Source of the DNA: Tubiluchus corallicola
Taxonomy: Eukaryota; Animalia; Priapulida
Direction of reading: 5' to 3'
Assembly (NCBI GenBank): GCA_030141605.1
Contig: JAQGDQ010000078.1
Location: 434,001 to 498,000, forward strand
DNA length: 64,000 nucleotides
Both the position numbers and the translations under genes were made by a program. Shown here one piece after another: positions 22,491 to 35,165 of the stretch. Each line of letters starts with the position of its first letter. Positions within the stretch are counted from its first letter, which is position 1. Below the pieces are notes generated by a model, which saw only the letters and a program-made list of their open reading frames with translations, was not told the DNA's origin and made no database searches.

Positions 22491-23264
22491 GAAGATAAAA
22501 CTCAGTGTGTTGGGACGGGAAGTGAGCATCGAACGTTCAAGTTCGAATGAGTTTTTTAGTTCGAATTCGAATCGAACCTGAAATTATAGATTCATATAAT
22601 TCAGTGCTTCAACCACATCTGCTCTTTACCATCAAAAAGTTTGAAACATTATACAATCAGCTTGGTTTAGCAGCTATTTCTGTACACAATTTTTAAACAA
22701 ATTACAGCATTAATGGTTTTACTGGTGAACAAAATCGAGTAACATTCTAACTGGTGGTTAGAAAACTTGTTCGAAAACCATTCAAACTCAGTTCGAATTC
22801 GAAATACTGAAATTCGGTTTAGTTCGAATTCGTTTTCTGATAGAGAATACTCGCCCTTAGTTGGAACATAAGATAATTTTCTAAATGTCGCCGCAGCCAA
22901 AATTTGAAATGTCATAATATGACCTCTGTTATGACGTCATCATTACTTCCGACCCGAGCCCACCTGCACCATTCGCGAACAACTATCAGCCGACCGGGTT
23001 ATTATTGTGCCTCCCGCTATATTCCTCTCCTGGCAAATAAATATTTACTCCGACATTTAAACATCATTTGAAACTTAGTGTGTCAAGTAACACAAAACTT
23101 TTATAGCGAACTAACTGCCACGTTTTGCTGGCTAACTGCTACAATTTTTCTTAAATACGAGTTGTAAAAAAAGTGCAGGTGAATTTATGAGATGATTTAT
23201 AAATAAAGTCCGATAAATAAAATTAAGTGAAAATTCGTTAACATTTACATAAAAAAATTAATTA

Positions 23265-26200
23265 TTATGGTTTCCATGGTCGCTGCCTCTTAGGTGTGCT
23301 GTACCTTTTTGTGTCCCATGTATCATTTAAGTCGCTTACACGAATAGTATCTGGCCAAGGACTTGTGTCATCACGTCTTATGCTGCTTAAATCTGGCGTT
23401 TTTTGCTCGGCAACAGTCTTGTCAATGTCTTTCATCAATTGTTTGCCTGTAGAGACCAACCGTCTGACATCTGAAGTCAAATCATTCATATCTCTCTTTA
23501 CGTGTTTCATATCTGGCGTGGCAGCCGATTCTATATAATCGAGTTCTTTCTCTGTGCGTTTGAGAACTGCTTCTAAACTATCATCGGAGTTGGTGTCAAA
23601 ATCGACATGCTTATTCTTGTTGTTCTTGCTTCTTTCAGTTTTCGTGATTAGATCATTCTTTGTGGTTTTAAGCATATTTAACCTAGCTTCTAACGTTTTA
23701 ATTTTGTCCTCCGCAAGGTCTGCTTCTAAAGATGATGAATTTAAATTGCTTTTTAACCTCCTTATTTCCATCTTGTGTTGTTTGCGAATGTTAACCAACT
23801 CCTGCTCTTGTTGTTCAACTACGACTTGTAATGCGGCGTACTTTACGCACGCTTTGCGTAGCGCCTTCTCCAGTCTGCCAATAACCTTCTTCTGCTCTCG
23901 CTTCTCTGTCTCGCAGATTTTCAGTTGTTTAGCTAAGGATTCTGCTTCCGCCATTACACTTTCCAAGGCGGATGATAACTTAACTCGAGAGTGTGCCGCT
24001 TCCTTCTTCTCGGAGAGTGATTTGTTCAATTCTTTGTCAAGTTTTCGAACACTGAAACGCAATTCGTCAATAAGATTGTCCTTGTCCTTAAATGCTTTTT
24101 CATTTTTCTCTAAAAATGTTGTCTCTTGGTCTGCCAATGATTCCTGAAGAGCCGTTCGAGCCATGTGCAAATCTTTCTCTGTGTCACGCAATTTAGCTGA
24201 CATACGTCTCAAGTGCGGTTCTTCCATTTCGTCAGGAATATCATTTATACCAACCGCATACGTTTCCTTTAACTTGTTCTCCAACTCAGATATAGTCATT
24301 TTTAAATCGTTGACCTCCTCATTACTAGATGACAGCTCAGGTTTTCTACTCCGCTCAACTTTTAATGATGGTTCGGATAAAGATAACTTTAAGGTCTTGA
24401 ATTTAATTTCATTTTCCGTTAATACCTTCTCCAGTTGCGTTAATGCCTCATCTTTTGCGACTAATTGCCTTTTCAAATCTTCTATAAGTCTTTTATCAAC
24501 TTGATTCTTTTCCAACTCTGAATCAGCAGCGGCCCTTCTAGTCGCGCTGAGCTCACCTTGCAGATCTGCAATCTTAGACAAGAGAGTTGTAACCTCACGT
24601 TGTTTTGCTTCTAGATCCTGACACACCTCACTATAACTGTTATTCAGTGAATTCACCTTGCTCGTCAAAGTGTCCATAGTTTCGGTGAATTTCTTCTCTG
24701 CGTCTCGCTTCAGCGCGCTTATTCGTCTCTCGCCTGCATCTTCCAACGCATCGTAATCTTTCTGTAGCTCAGCCAGCTTGTTCCTCAGCTTTTGTATTTC
24801 TTGATTTTTATCAGCTATCTCCATCTTGTGTGCTTTACTTTGTGCTGTCATTTGGGCGCGCATTTCGTCAAGCTAAAAATATTTAAAGAATGGTAAGTTA
24901 AAGCCATGGCGAGAATGAGAATTGATGACAGTTTTGGGCATAGTTCGGTGTTGGAAAATGTAATTTTGAATAATGAATGAATAACGTTTTATTGCAAGCA
25001 CGCCTGCAAAACCTATATAATCCTGATGTCTAATGTCTTGCTAATTGTAACTTTAATTTGCCGAGAAAACAGCCGTCTCAAAGCTAGGCAAGTATACGTA
25101 GAAGCTAACTAAATCTAGTGGCACTTTTTTTTATAAAATAGGCAGATTTCTGAATAAATAAATAAACAAAACCAATGATTCCAAAAGGAAGAATTCGCAT
25201 AATAGTTTTGCAGGGTTCAAATTCACACCACATCGGAATGAACTTAAAGTGACCTTAAAACGGCTGTAATAAGCATTTTACGCCAAAACCACAACCTATG
25301 ACACAGACATCGTGGCTGTGAGAAGTACAGATAGAAATAAATTGCTCGAGCTGTTTTAGATTACCGAATTTTGCTTTTGCTATGACGAATTCTAGATAAC
25401 TTTCGCCCAGCCGAGTTTAAACAAAATTACTAAAACTTTTCAATAAACGTAAATTAAAATAATAAGTAGTTGTTTTAACAAAAACCTATCGCAAGAAACG
25501 CAGGTATCGCGAACAAAAGACTTGTTTTAAAAATAGATAGTAATTTTGACTGTGGTATGTAAATAGGTGTTTGATTCCACAATAGAAGAGCGGCAGATGA
25601 GAATGACCGTTCTCCACAAGTGACGAGTTGTGCTCTAGGTTGGACCAAGTTCACTGAATTTGGTAATCTCAAACTACGTTGAGGAATATACCACGAAACT
25701 AATTCCTGATTGTAAGGGGGAACCAGCTGTTGCATACAGATATACATGTACTACAACTAGGCTAATTACTATTAGTATTACTAAGCAGACCTCTATTACT
25801 AAGTAGACTATGGGTCCGTTGAATGCTGGATTCTTGTTTGTGGAGTGCAGAGCTGTTATAAAAGGCCCGAAAAGGGAATTAGAAAATAACTGGGAAATAC
25901 GATTGTGTTTTTAGACTAAGGGAAAGACAAGATTTGGTTGCGTTGTATATGTGTTACCACATTGATGTACAAGAATTTTAAGAAATTGTTTCTACTTTTT
26001 AAGGCCCGCGCTTTTTCAAATGCATTCTGCAACATTGTCTATGATTCATTCTATTTTATGTTTCTTATCTAGTTCCGGTTCAGATCAGAATGACCTATAG
26101 TTGTATATCTAATACAAGTCAAACGTCGGACACAATGCACAATTAATTAAATATAATTTCTTACCGTATCGGCCATTTCCCTCTTAAGAGCTTCAACTTT

Positions 26201-26647
26201 GGCACTGCTTTCTGAAACCGCCATTTCTTTTTCTTCGTTTGAGTAGTGTAGCTCCTTTAACATATCTTGAAATTCAGAGATCATTGTTTGTTGTTTTGTC
26301 ATCTCGTCCCTGTATGCCTCCATTATTGTTCGGTTCCCGCTCACCGTCTTCTCAAATTTTGTTAAAAAGTCGTTGGCCGCTTGCTTATTGCACTGTTTCT
26401 GCCGCTCACACAATTCGTTCGCTCGGGCAATTTTCTCTCCTAGTTCAGCAATTTCGAATTTTGTTGTTGTAAGCGACGAGGTAGCATTGCTAGTGAGATC
26501 TCCACGATATGAGTAAGGAGAAGGCGAGCACCTAGTTCTGCCTTCTTGAACTATCCCTCCAGCTGGACATTCGTCACAAGCCGTATATCTTGACAAGTCT
26601 TTTCGCGTTTTCTCTAAATTAGCGATGGCTTCGTTAATCTCGTCCAT
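23265..26647 (-). CDS. CCDC158: Coiled-coil domain-containing protein 158-like, ~696 aa, two coding exons
   Basis: Exons 26647-26165 (ACG|GTAAG) and 24872-23265 (TTTTAG|CTT), phase 0; in-frame TGA upstream of the ATG. NELCERQK..D..TK..EL..KE and LEKALRKACVKYAALQVVVEQQEQELVNIRKQH align without gaps to the CCDC158 motifs NELHEKQK and MEVALDKASLQFAECQDIIQRQEQESVRLKLQH as recalled. Confidence 0.75.
25475..25747 (-). mobile_element. L2/CR1-group LINE ORF2 3' fragment in the CCDC158 intron
   Basis: YIPQRSLR..LVQPR..GERSFSSAALLLWN..SIFKTSL is the typical L2/Crack C-terminus. Confidence 0.75.
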
Positions 26648-26797
26648 AACGTCACTGCTTCAGACTATTATAAATAATTATAATGTTCATCTACTGTAAT
26701 TGTAAATAATAATTTTCTGTTGCAGAATGCTTCATGATTGCAATAAAGCATTGTTGGTCGTCAGGGAAGCTCAGTTCTTGTTTCTATGCCGAACTTA

Positions 26798-26863
26798 ATT
26801 TGCATAACGACTATTAACCATGGCAACTCGGGTTACTTGTAGCATTGTGTTACGTGCCACGTG
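26798..26863. promoter_or_regulatory. Putative CCDC158 promoter cluster: octamer, RFX X-box-like site, E-box
   Basis: ATTTGCAT 26798-26805, TTAACCATGGCAAC 26814-26827 and CACGTG 26858-26863, 150-220 bp upstream of the ATG. Confidence 0.35.
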
Positions 26864-27587
26864 AGTGGTTTCTGACTGCCATTGCATACTAAATGTCTCT
26901 TGTCAGAGCGCGTATTTCTGTAGCCTAAAGGCTTGTAGTCATGCTAGTACAGTCTTCGTCATTGGTAGTCTAGATCTGTTAAGTAAGACAAACAAAAACG
27001 TTGGTTATTTTGTAGAATTCGTCAAAATCTCATTTCGCGTGCTCCAATGCTGATTCACAACTTTTTAATATTACCAAAATTTGATTACTGTGATACGGTT
27101 TATTCATCGGCAGGAACTACATTGCTGAGCAGGTTACAGATCATGCATAACAGAGTTGCATGAATTATTTTAGTGTGACCCATGCGAATACATTATCAAC
27201 ATGCATAGAAAACTAAACTGGTCACCACTGGAAATCCGATGGTAAAGGCATATAGTACGCTTATGTATAAAATACTTAAAAGTGACCAAAAATCCTTTAA
27301 ACAACATTTTTTTATATATCCTTAATAAATATCTTTTCTTATCTTATCTTATTTTAACATTAACTAACATTATCAATTGTACTTTGTTTGTGAGAAATAC
27401 GGCAAGTGTAAATTAATTTAGACCAATATTATGCAGTATAAAACTCTCAAAGTGGCTGCAGCTATTTTACCCAAGGTTTCGCAATGTAAAATTAACATAA
27501 AAAGAAACAGGTGTGTCTGTAATTAGTGCGTCATGTAGAATAGTTTGTGTCCACTGTTACTGAACATTATTATAATTAGCTTCCTGC

Positions 27588-27979
27588 CATGGCCGGATTA
27601 TGAATATTTGGGATCCACAGATTAGTGAATTTATGGGCCCCCTAAGATAGAGCCTCCCTCTAACTCGCTTGGATCCGTTTTGAATATTTTTTACTCATGA
27701 TAATATAGTTTAGCGATATTCAGGCTTACATAGTTTGAAGTAAAGTTTTTGCAAATTTTTTAGATAAATTAGAATAGCTATTTTTTGTTTGTCAATAATA
27801 AGTTCTTTAAGAAATACCAGTATTTCGGTGTTTATTGCAAATTAAATTTGTATGCATTTCAGCACATACATAGTGGAAAAAACAGATTTTTTACCAAATG
27901 TTACCAAGCCTTGAAGGCATCCAAGGTTGAAGGGTCTTATGCCGTAGCCTTTATTAGCTTATAGGATAATCGAGCTCTG
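27588..27979. mobile_element. Degenerate MITE; related reverse fragment at ~15200-15570
   Basis: CATGGCCGGATTAT...ATAATCGAGCTCTG imperfect TIR; shared TTTTACCAAATGTTACC block. Confidence 0.4.
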
Positions 27980-29220
27980 CCACACTATGTATGAATAAAT
28001 GTTTGACAGTCCACCAGGTAAGTCACAGTCCGACAGCAACACAAGACAGATGACGCGTCGGATGTGCTCCAATAGCTTCACTAACAACTTCACCAAGATG
28101 GCTACAACTATACCATCACCCATTCAGGTCATATCAGTCCTTCATAAGCCACACTATCATATCACTGTAATAAAAATGTATGGGAGAACCTTTTGTAGAA
28201 AACCCAGCTATTTGAGAATGTATACAATAAGCAAGCATTTTTAGACTTGATAATGTAATTTACTTTGAGAATACGATTTTTTTAACAAAATGTTAGTACG
28301 TGTGGTTCACAAAGCTAGTGTGTAGAATTACAAAAATCCTCATTACAAGGTCTGTGTACTCGTACTGCACAGAATACATAAAAAAGCCCGTTACTACATA
28401 TATTTACAATATTATTAATTAAGACGAATTGGCAATCTGCTGCGTACTGAAAACTCGGGTTAGCTTAAAATTGGACACCGGTTTCTTCTATTTTCCAAGG
28501 CAAAGACACCGGCCTATTTTCTATCTTTTCCGCCAAGACACCGGCCAACTAAACGGCGGCTAGGGCGTTTTATATACAAAATTCTTATGGTGTTCCAGCA
28601 ATGAACAAAAAACTGGGCCCATTTTTGGAGGTTTTTCATCTGAAGTTCCTATAAGAACCTCTTGTAGAAAAAACGTCCCAGCTAGCAGCGCTTTGTGATG
28701 GCCCTAAGGATATTAAAGCTTTTAATATACATCAAAATTAATGTAATAATATAACAATAAATATTTAGAAAGGGGAGAAACCGGGTTATACGATGTTGTA
28801 GGTATTTTTTTCCAAATGCCATGATGGGAAAATTTTTTGAACGTCGTACCCTGTACCATAATTCTGTTTACGTGTACTCATTACAATAATTCACTAGGAT
28901 TTATAATTAATTTTATTAACCTATATTAATAAGTTTATCAGGTTTAATGTTCTTACAAGCATTTTTGCTACAATACTTGACACGCACTGCGCAAAAAGCT
29001 GAAAGCAGAGTTGCGCTTTTCGTAGAATTAGTGGATGAAGCCATTTGTTTGTCTGAAGCCAACATTAAATGCGATATTTGGTTCATAAAATTGCCTGCAG
29101 AGGACGCAGCTGACATTTGTAAGCGTTGAGAATCTTGTGCAGTACAGTCCTGTGGACGAAAATTTATGCAGTTCGGCAGCATCCATAGACATACATTTTA
29201 GATAATTTTAATATTTATTT

Positions 29221-32200
29221 ATGGATTTCATAAAGACGGCTAAGGTTAGAGTTTGTATTATTGTTTTGAACATAGTAATTTTACTTACTGCAGTTTGTGA
29301 TCGTTTTGTTTAGATTTATGGTGATTTAATAGGCCAATAGTCAAAGGCTAAAGCTAAGGTATAGTCATATTATTATGCTCATGTTTATTAAATTCGCTGT
29401 GTTACTCACTGATTCAAGAATTTCTTTTTCACATTTGTTTCTATATTTTTTTCAATTTCGAATATACAACATAGAGTATATGTTACAGGTAATAAAAAGA
29501 ACTAAAATTAGTTAACTGGCACACTATAATTATAATGTGTTTGCATGGCAAAATCGTCCAGAAGTCGGTTGGCAGTTAAGCTTTTCTAGGTATTCATATA
29601 TCCTGAATCTCCAGTTCATGTAGATCATTGTGATACCAAGCTCATCACTCCATGTTATTTACAAGATGAGATAATCCACGTTGAAATTGAGGTGCACACT
29701 ACGCACTGAAAAACATTAACTGAGAAAATCACTTATAAATTAGCCATGATTTTTTGTCACATTTCTACGTAGCACTTAACATCCGCACAAGTCTTGGTTG
29801 CTAAGGACTTTGCAAGAATACGTTGAAATTATGTTTAACTCCATTAGATGGCTCTTCCTGGCAAAGGTCTGGGCTTGACAGCTGAAAAAAACCTGGAGCG
29901 AAATGGGTGCTTCCACGAGTTTTTTTCAATTGCAGTACTAGTTTCTAGCCAGCAAAGTGGATAGGGGGGTAAAAATTAGATTTTTAGTATTTTTTGAATA
30001 TTTTCTTGATAATTTGATGCTAGAATACAGAAGTCCAATATATGTAGCATTTGTTTTTATAAAAAAACAAAAAATTGACATTCGACCAAATGTTTGGTGC
30101 ATTCTGCTTTGAAGCACTATAACGTAGTTTTAACTATACTGACTTGTGGACATTTTTGGTCTGCAAGCACACATATAATCTGTATTTTGTGATGCAAGTT
30201 CACAAGCATATAGCTTGACAAGTTAACAGTCCAATTCTTCTGTGCTAATCATGAAAGAAAGAAAGATCAGAATTTAAACAAAAACCGTGAAAATTGCCAC
30301 CATGATTATTATGATTTCTGAAATCATTTGGGCTTTTTCCATTAAACATTTCATAAAAATGTTTAACTAGGTTAGAATACTGTATTACTCTTCAGAAAAT
30401 AGTTATTTTATTTTACTACTATTTGTGTAAGCTTTATTATCAGTTACTATAACAGAAAAATTATGTAGTGTAAATTTATTGTGATTAAATTCACTGTATC
30501 CAATAGCTTGTGGAATTTTGGTACTGTCAATTGATAATTTTGGCTAGTCTGTACCTGATGCTTTTACCTGAATGCTTAGCTGTCAAGAATTCTCTGCTTC
30601 ACCCTTCTTATAGTGTATACATTATCTTCACTGAGCCGTAGCTGCACCTCTGTGGCTTCATCTAGGTTTATTCAGCAGTAAATTGTTAGTATCCTTTAAT
30701 AAACTGAAACTGAATCTTTATGATATTATATTATCAAAAATTACATTTGTTACAAACCTTGTACGCGATGTTGCAAATTAAACAGAGATCTCTAAATTTC
30801 TTTTTTTCGATGCCTCACTGTGCATCTCTATTTTGAACACTACAGTGATAGCAATGTATTTAAACCAGAATGTACTTTCTTATTATTTGAATAAACTTAT
30901 ACCCATTTAATTGTTTAGGCTGTAGTTTTAAATACTTAAGTTCACATCTCAACTTGGATGTCTGGCCGCTTGTGACATGTCTCTCACTTGATTCATGTTA
31001 TATGTGTTTTTTGCATAATTCAATATAGTAAACTCATTATAATGCCTGGCTAGTTATTTTTTGTGTCTTTAGGTGTTATGTACATTTCAATATCAGTTTT
31101 GAATTTAGTCTTTTCAGCATCACTAGCCCTATGTTGTGTAATAAATATTATGTCGTTTCATCATCATTGTTTGTTTATTTAGGTTTTATGATCGTTTTTC
31201 TAATATGTAATAAAGCAAATAGTGGTGTAAGTATATAATCATAAACTTTGATTCTAGAATCAAATCAGAATCTTCTTGTTTCTTTTTTCATAGTTTAAAG
31301 TTTTTTATGATACAAGGTAATTGACAAGTTTACAGGTTCAACTTTTAGCGTTTTAAATCAAGACTGGGCCAATCTAGACATACTGAATTCAGTGGACCTG
31401 CTCGATTTCCTGCTTTCTTTATCATTTCTGAATAGCATAAAAATGTAGTTTTTTCCAACGCTATCGATTCCGTCATAGTATTATTACGATTGTGCTAATA
31501 CTGTAAAAGAAAAAAGTGCAAAGGTCAAATGCCATTGTTTTACATTTCAGATAAATAATGTCAGATTAGTGGATAGATTTAATGGAAAAAAGGCAACAGT
31601 TGGCACCTTGTATATGACAACTACTCATCTCATATTTGTAGACAGTGAAAGAAAACTAGAAACATGGGTAATTAAACAAACATCTACTTATTATTCAACA
31701 AATTTAAAGGTATTTTAATTGAGGTAGTATAACTTCTTTACATCATCTTCGTAATGTTTTCTTTTCCTACTAATTTTGTTGTGAGTATGAACTGAGTTCT
31801 AGAGTGACCATGTGTTACATATATACAAATCAAACTACCCAAGTATAATAAAGATCAGTTAGTGCCAATATTTTTGTGATTTCACTGTTCTGTTTTGCAG
31901 GTTCTTTTAACTCATATCAGTGCAATAGAGAAACTGCCATTGAGCACAATTGGTTCCCCACTACAGATTCGCTGCAAAACTTTTCAGGTATTAACCAATT
32001 GTGTTTAATCAGTACTGAATTTATATACGAAAAGTTATGACAGTTAAGTTGTACTATTAATAAACAGAATTAAAGGAAAACAGGGGGATTTTTCACATCC
32101 TACACACGTGTGTAGTATGGTAAAAAGTGTGCGTCTCAACACCTATAATAATGCGAAAGTGTTTTTGATAATTACCGTATTTTCCCGTGTATAAGAGACC

Positions 32201-35131
32201 CTTTTTTGCTCAGAATTTTCACTTTAAAAATAGGGGGTCTCTTATACATGGGAGTAAGTCTTTTCAATAAGATGCATAAATTGTGACTCTAATGATTTTA
32301 AAGAAATAAGTGCTCTACAACTGTTTTGCGTGTCGCGTTCGACTATGAAGCGGTTGTAAGCAATACAAGCATCGTGACACAGACATTATCTCCTCGTTTT
32401 CTCTTTTCCTGTTACAGGTTTGCAGGTACGCACTTTAATATATACCAGTACTCTTTTTCTACAACACATTAACTGGTTTTATTTTGTTTTCAGTACCGCA
32501 CTGAGTTGAAAAAAGTTGTACTCTACCCTCTAAAAATGTCCGTCTGAAAAAACTTTTTTCCAGAATTTTTGCCTAAAAATTGAAGGGGTCTCTTATACAC
32601 AAGGGTCTCTTATACACGGGAAAATACGGTAGATGATAGGTTAAAACCTTAATTAATGGCCATTGAGCCCAATTAGTGATGACATCACAACCAAACATAA
32701 TTTTCAACAGCACAGATGTGCCACGAGCGTATTGCACATGTTTGCGAAAGTGAAATTGAAGTACAGTACTACTGTACAACATTCCATGTGATATACAAAA
32801 AATCTGCAATTTTTATGTTTAAAATCAAATTTCAAGTTTAGTACTGTGCTTATGCATGAGCTCTTGAATGTGTGCAGTATGTCACAGCTGAACATTTCTG
32901 AACTGAGAAGTACATCACCTGTTTTTTGTGCAACACTGTGCAACTACATTTCTGTTTCTGAAATGTAGGCGTTAGTGCCCACCTAACTAGGGAATGGCGA
33001 AATGCATGTAACAGTGGAGAACTAGCCATGCGAAAATGCAAAATTACCGATCTGTGGTAATCATTTTTCACATAAATCATTCTTGAATAAGTAGTATGTT
33101 GTCTTTCAATATTTTATGGAGTAGATTGCTTTGAATTATTGTTTAAGATTACACCCAGTTTTCCTTTAGCATTAACTATGTGCAAAAAATTGTCACTCGT
33201 TTTCGGTTAAGCTGCTTAAGTAAGTTGTGAATGTTATTTTTTGTGATTTTTCTCTTTTTTAGAGCTTGACATTTGTAATACAACGGGAAAAAGACTGCCA
33301 AGATGCATACACGTCGCTTGTTAAACTCTCTAGCCCAGTTAATGTTGACGATCTGTACGCTTTTCATTATATGCCATCTAGTAACAGTATGCACAAATCC
33401 GCAGGGTGGAATATTTATGACGCACGGACAGAGTTTGCCCGCATGGGAGTTCCTAATGAGCACTGGTGCATGAGCAATATTAATTCTGATTATGAGGTAT
33501 TTTAAGTTTCTTATTGCCATGAAATCTTGCCATACAGAGCAAAGCTTGAAATGCTTGTAAGCGTTGCTTGAGATAGTGGCATTAATAATTGTGAGCACTT
33601 ATTGAAATTAGTTTTATTGACGTTAAAGTTAATGGCCGTTTTGCTATAGGGTTATCAATTTTCCCTACAATTTGTATTTGTTAGGTTTATGCTTTTTCCT
33701 ACAATCTTTTATGTACACCTCAGTGGGACAGAGCTGCCAGGCACTGGGCTACACAACTTGGATGTTCATTTGTTAAACGTTTGCACTACTTGGCACAACT
33801 AGAAAAAAACCTAGATTTTTTTATTTCCTATTTTAGTGAAGCATAGTGGCTGTTTTATAAAAAGAGAGCTGAGGCAGGGAGTGGCACTCTCTCTTTCAGA
33901 CTAACACTGACACGATACTTGAAAGTCAGGCAAACTTCTAAAGCTGCCTCTAGTGTTGGCATATGGCTCACTGCAATTAATTCATTAATATGGTAATTCG
34001 ATTTGGGTTTGGCATAGTGGAAAGTAAATTCACCGTCATTGTGTTGCATTCTGGCCTGAAAAGTTGAAAAGCCTGCTTTAACTTTGGAATAAACAAACGG
34101 TAGAAATTGTTCACGAGCTCACTACATAATAAAGGACCACAATAACAGCTTGTTGTTCTCTGTTTTTCTTATATGATTTTCTGTGCAAGTCAAAGTAAAT
34201 AACTGTTCAAGTTCAAGTTAGTTGAAATATGCAGACGTCAGAGCTCATATGTAACTAAAATTACTGCCACATTTAATTTTCTTTATTTTAGCTTTGCGAC
34301 ACGTACCCTAAGCAAATTTGTGTTCCGAGGTCTGCTAGTACACCTATTGTAGTAGGAAGCAGCAAGTTTCGTAGTCGCGGTCGTCTACCTGTCCTATCTT
34401 ATCTTCTTGAGTCTAATAATGTACGTATAATTTATTTATCAGCGTTGTATGCTTATTTTGAATTATGTATTGGTAAAGACATAAGACTCTTACTTGTGAA
34501 TATGAATATATCCATGGCTCATCCATGTGTCATTTTGTGCAGTTATTTGATTTGTGCTAAAAAGTCTTTATTGTTTAAGAGCTGAAAGACTGACATTGCA
34601 TTTTGATGATCAAACTATGTCATTACTGGTTCACTGTTTTGTCAAGACTAGTGAACTAAAATAGTGTAGACATTACAGATATGAATTCATTTAACTTATT
34701 TTTCAATAGAATGATTTGAGGAAACTGAACAATAATCTTACAACTATCAGCTGATAATAATGCCAAATGTTTCCTTAATATAAATGTGTATAATATAATG
34801 TGGTCATCCAACTTAGAAGCAGAGATATGAGCAAATTTTAATATTGGCGGTGGCCATTTTAAAGTTGAAGATAGAAGGCTGACTTAGAGATTCTCAAAAA
34901 ATGGAAAGATAGATTTGATATTCTCTATATCTTAACGATTATGAAAATGTATAATTTAGTTCAAATGTCCAAAACATTTGAACAAAAGTACATGAAGAAC
35001 TAGACTATATTGTTTTATTAAAAATCACCAACTGAATTAACAATTTGAATGTACTAGTAATCACATGAGCTTACAAATTATTTATATATTTTATTTTATG
35101 CAATTTAAATTACCACTTCTGAATAATAATA

Positions 35132-35165
<34 letters not shown>

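Noticed and set aside
23296-24504. Plus-strand ORFs of 80-197 aa
   Set aside because: Antisense shadows of the coiled-coil exon.
28916-29182. 88-aa minus and 60-aa plus ORFs before MTMR
   Set aside because: No recognisable domain; likely promoter or 5' UTR sequence.
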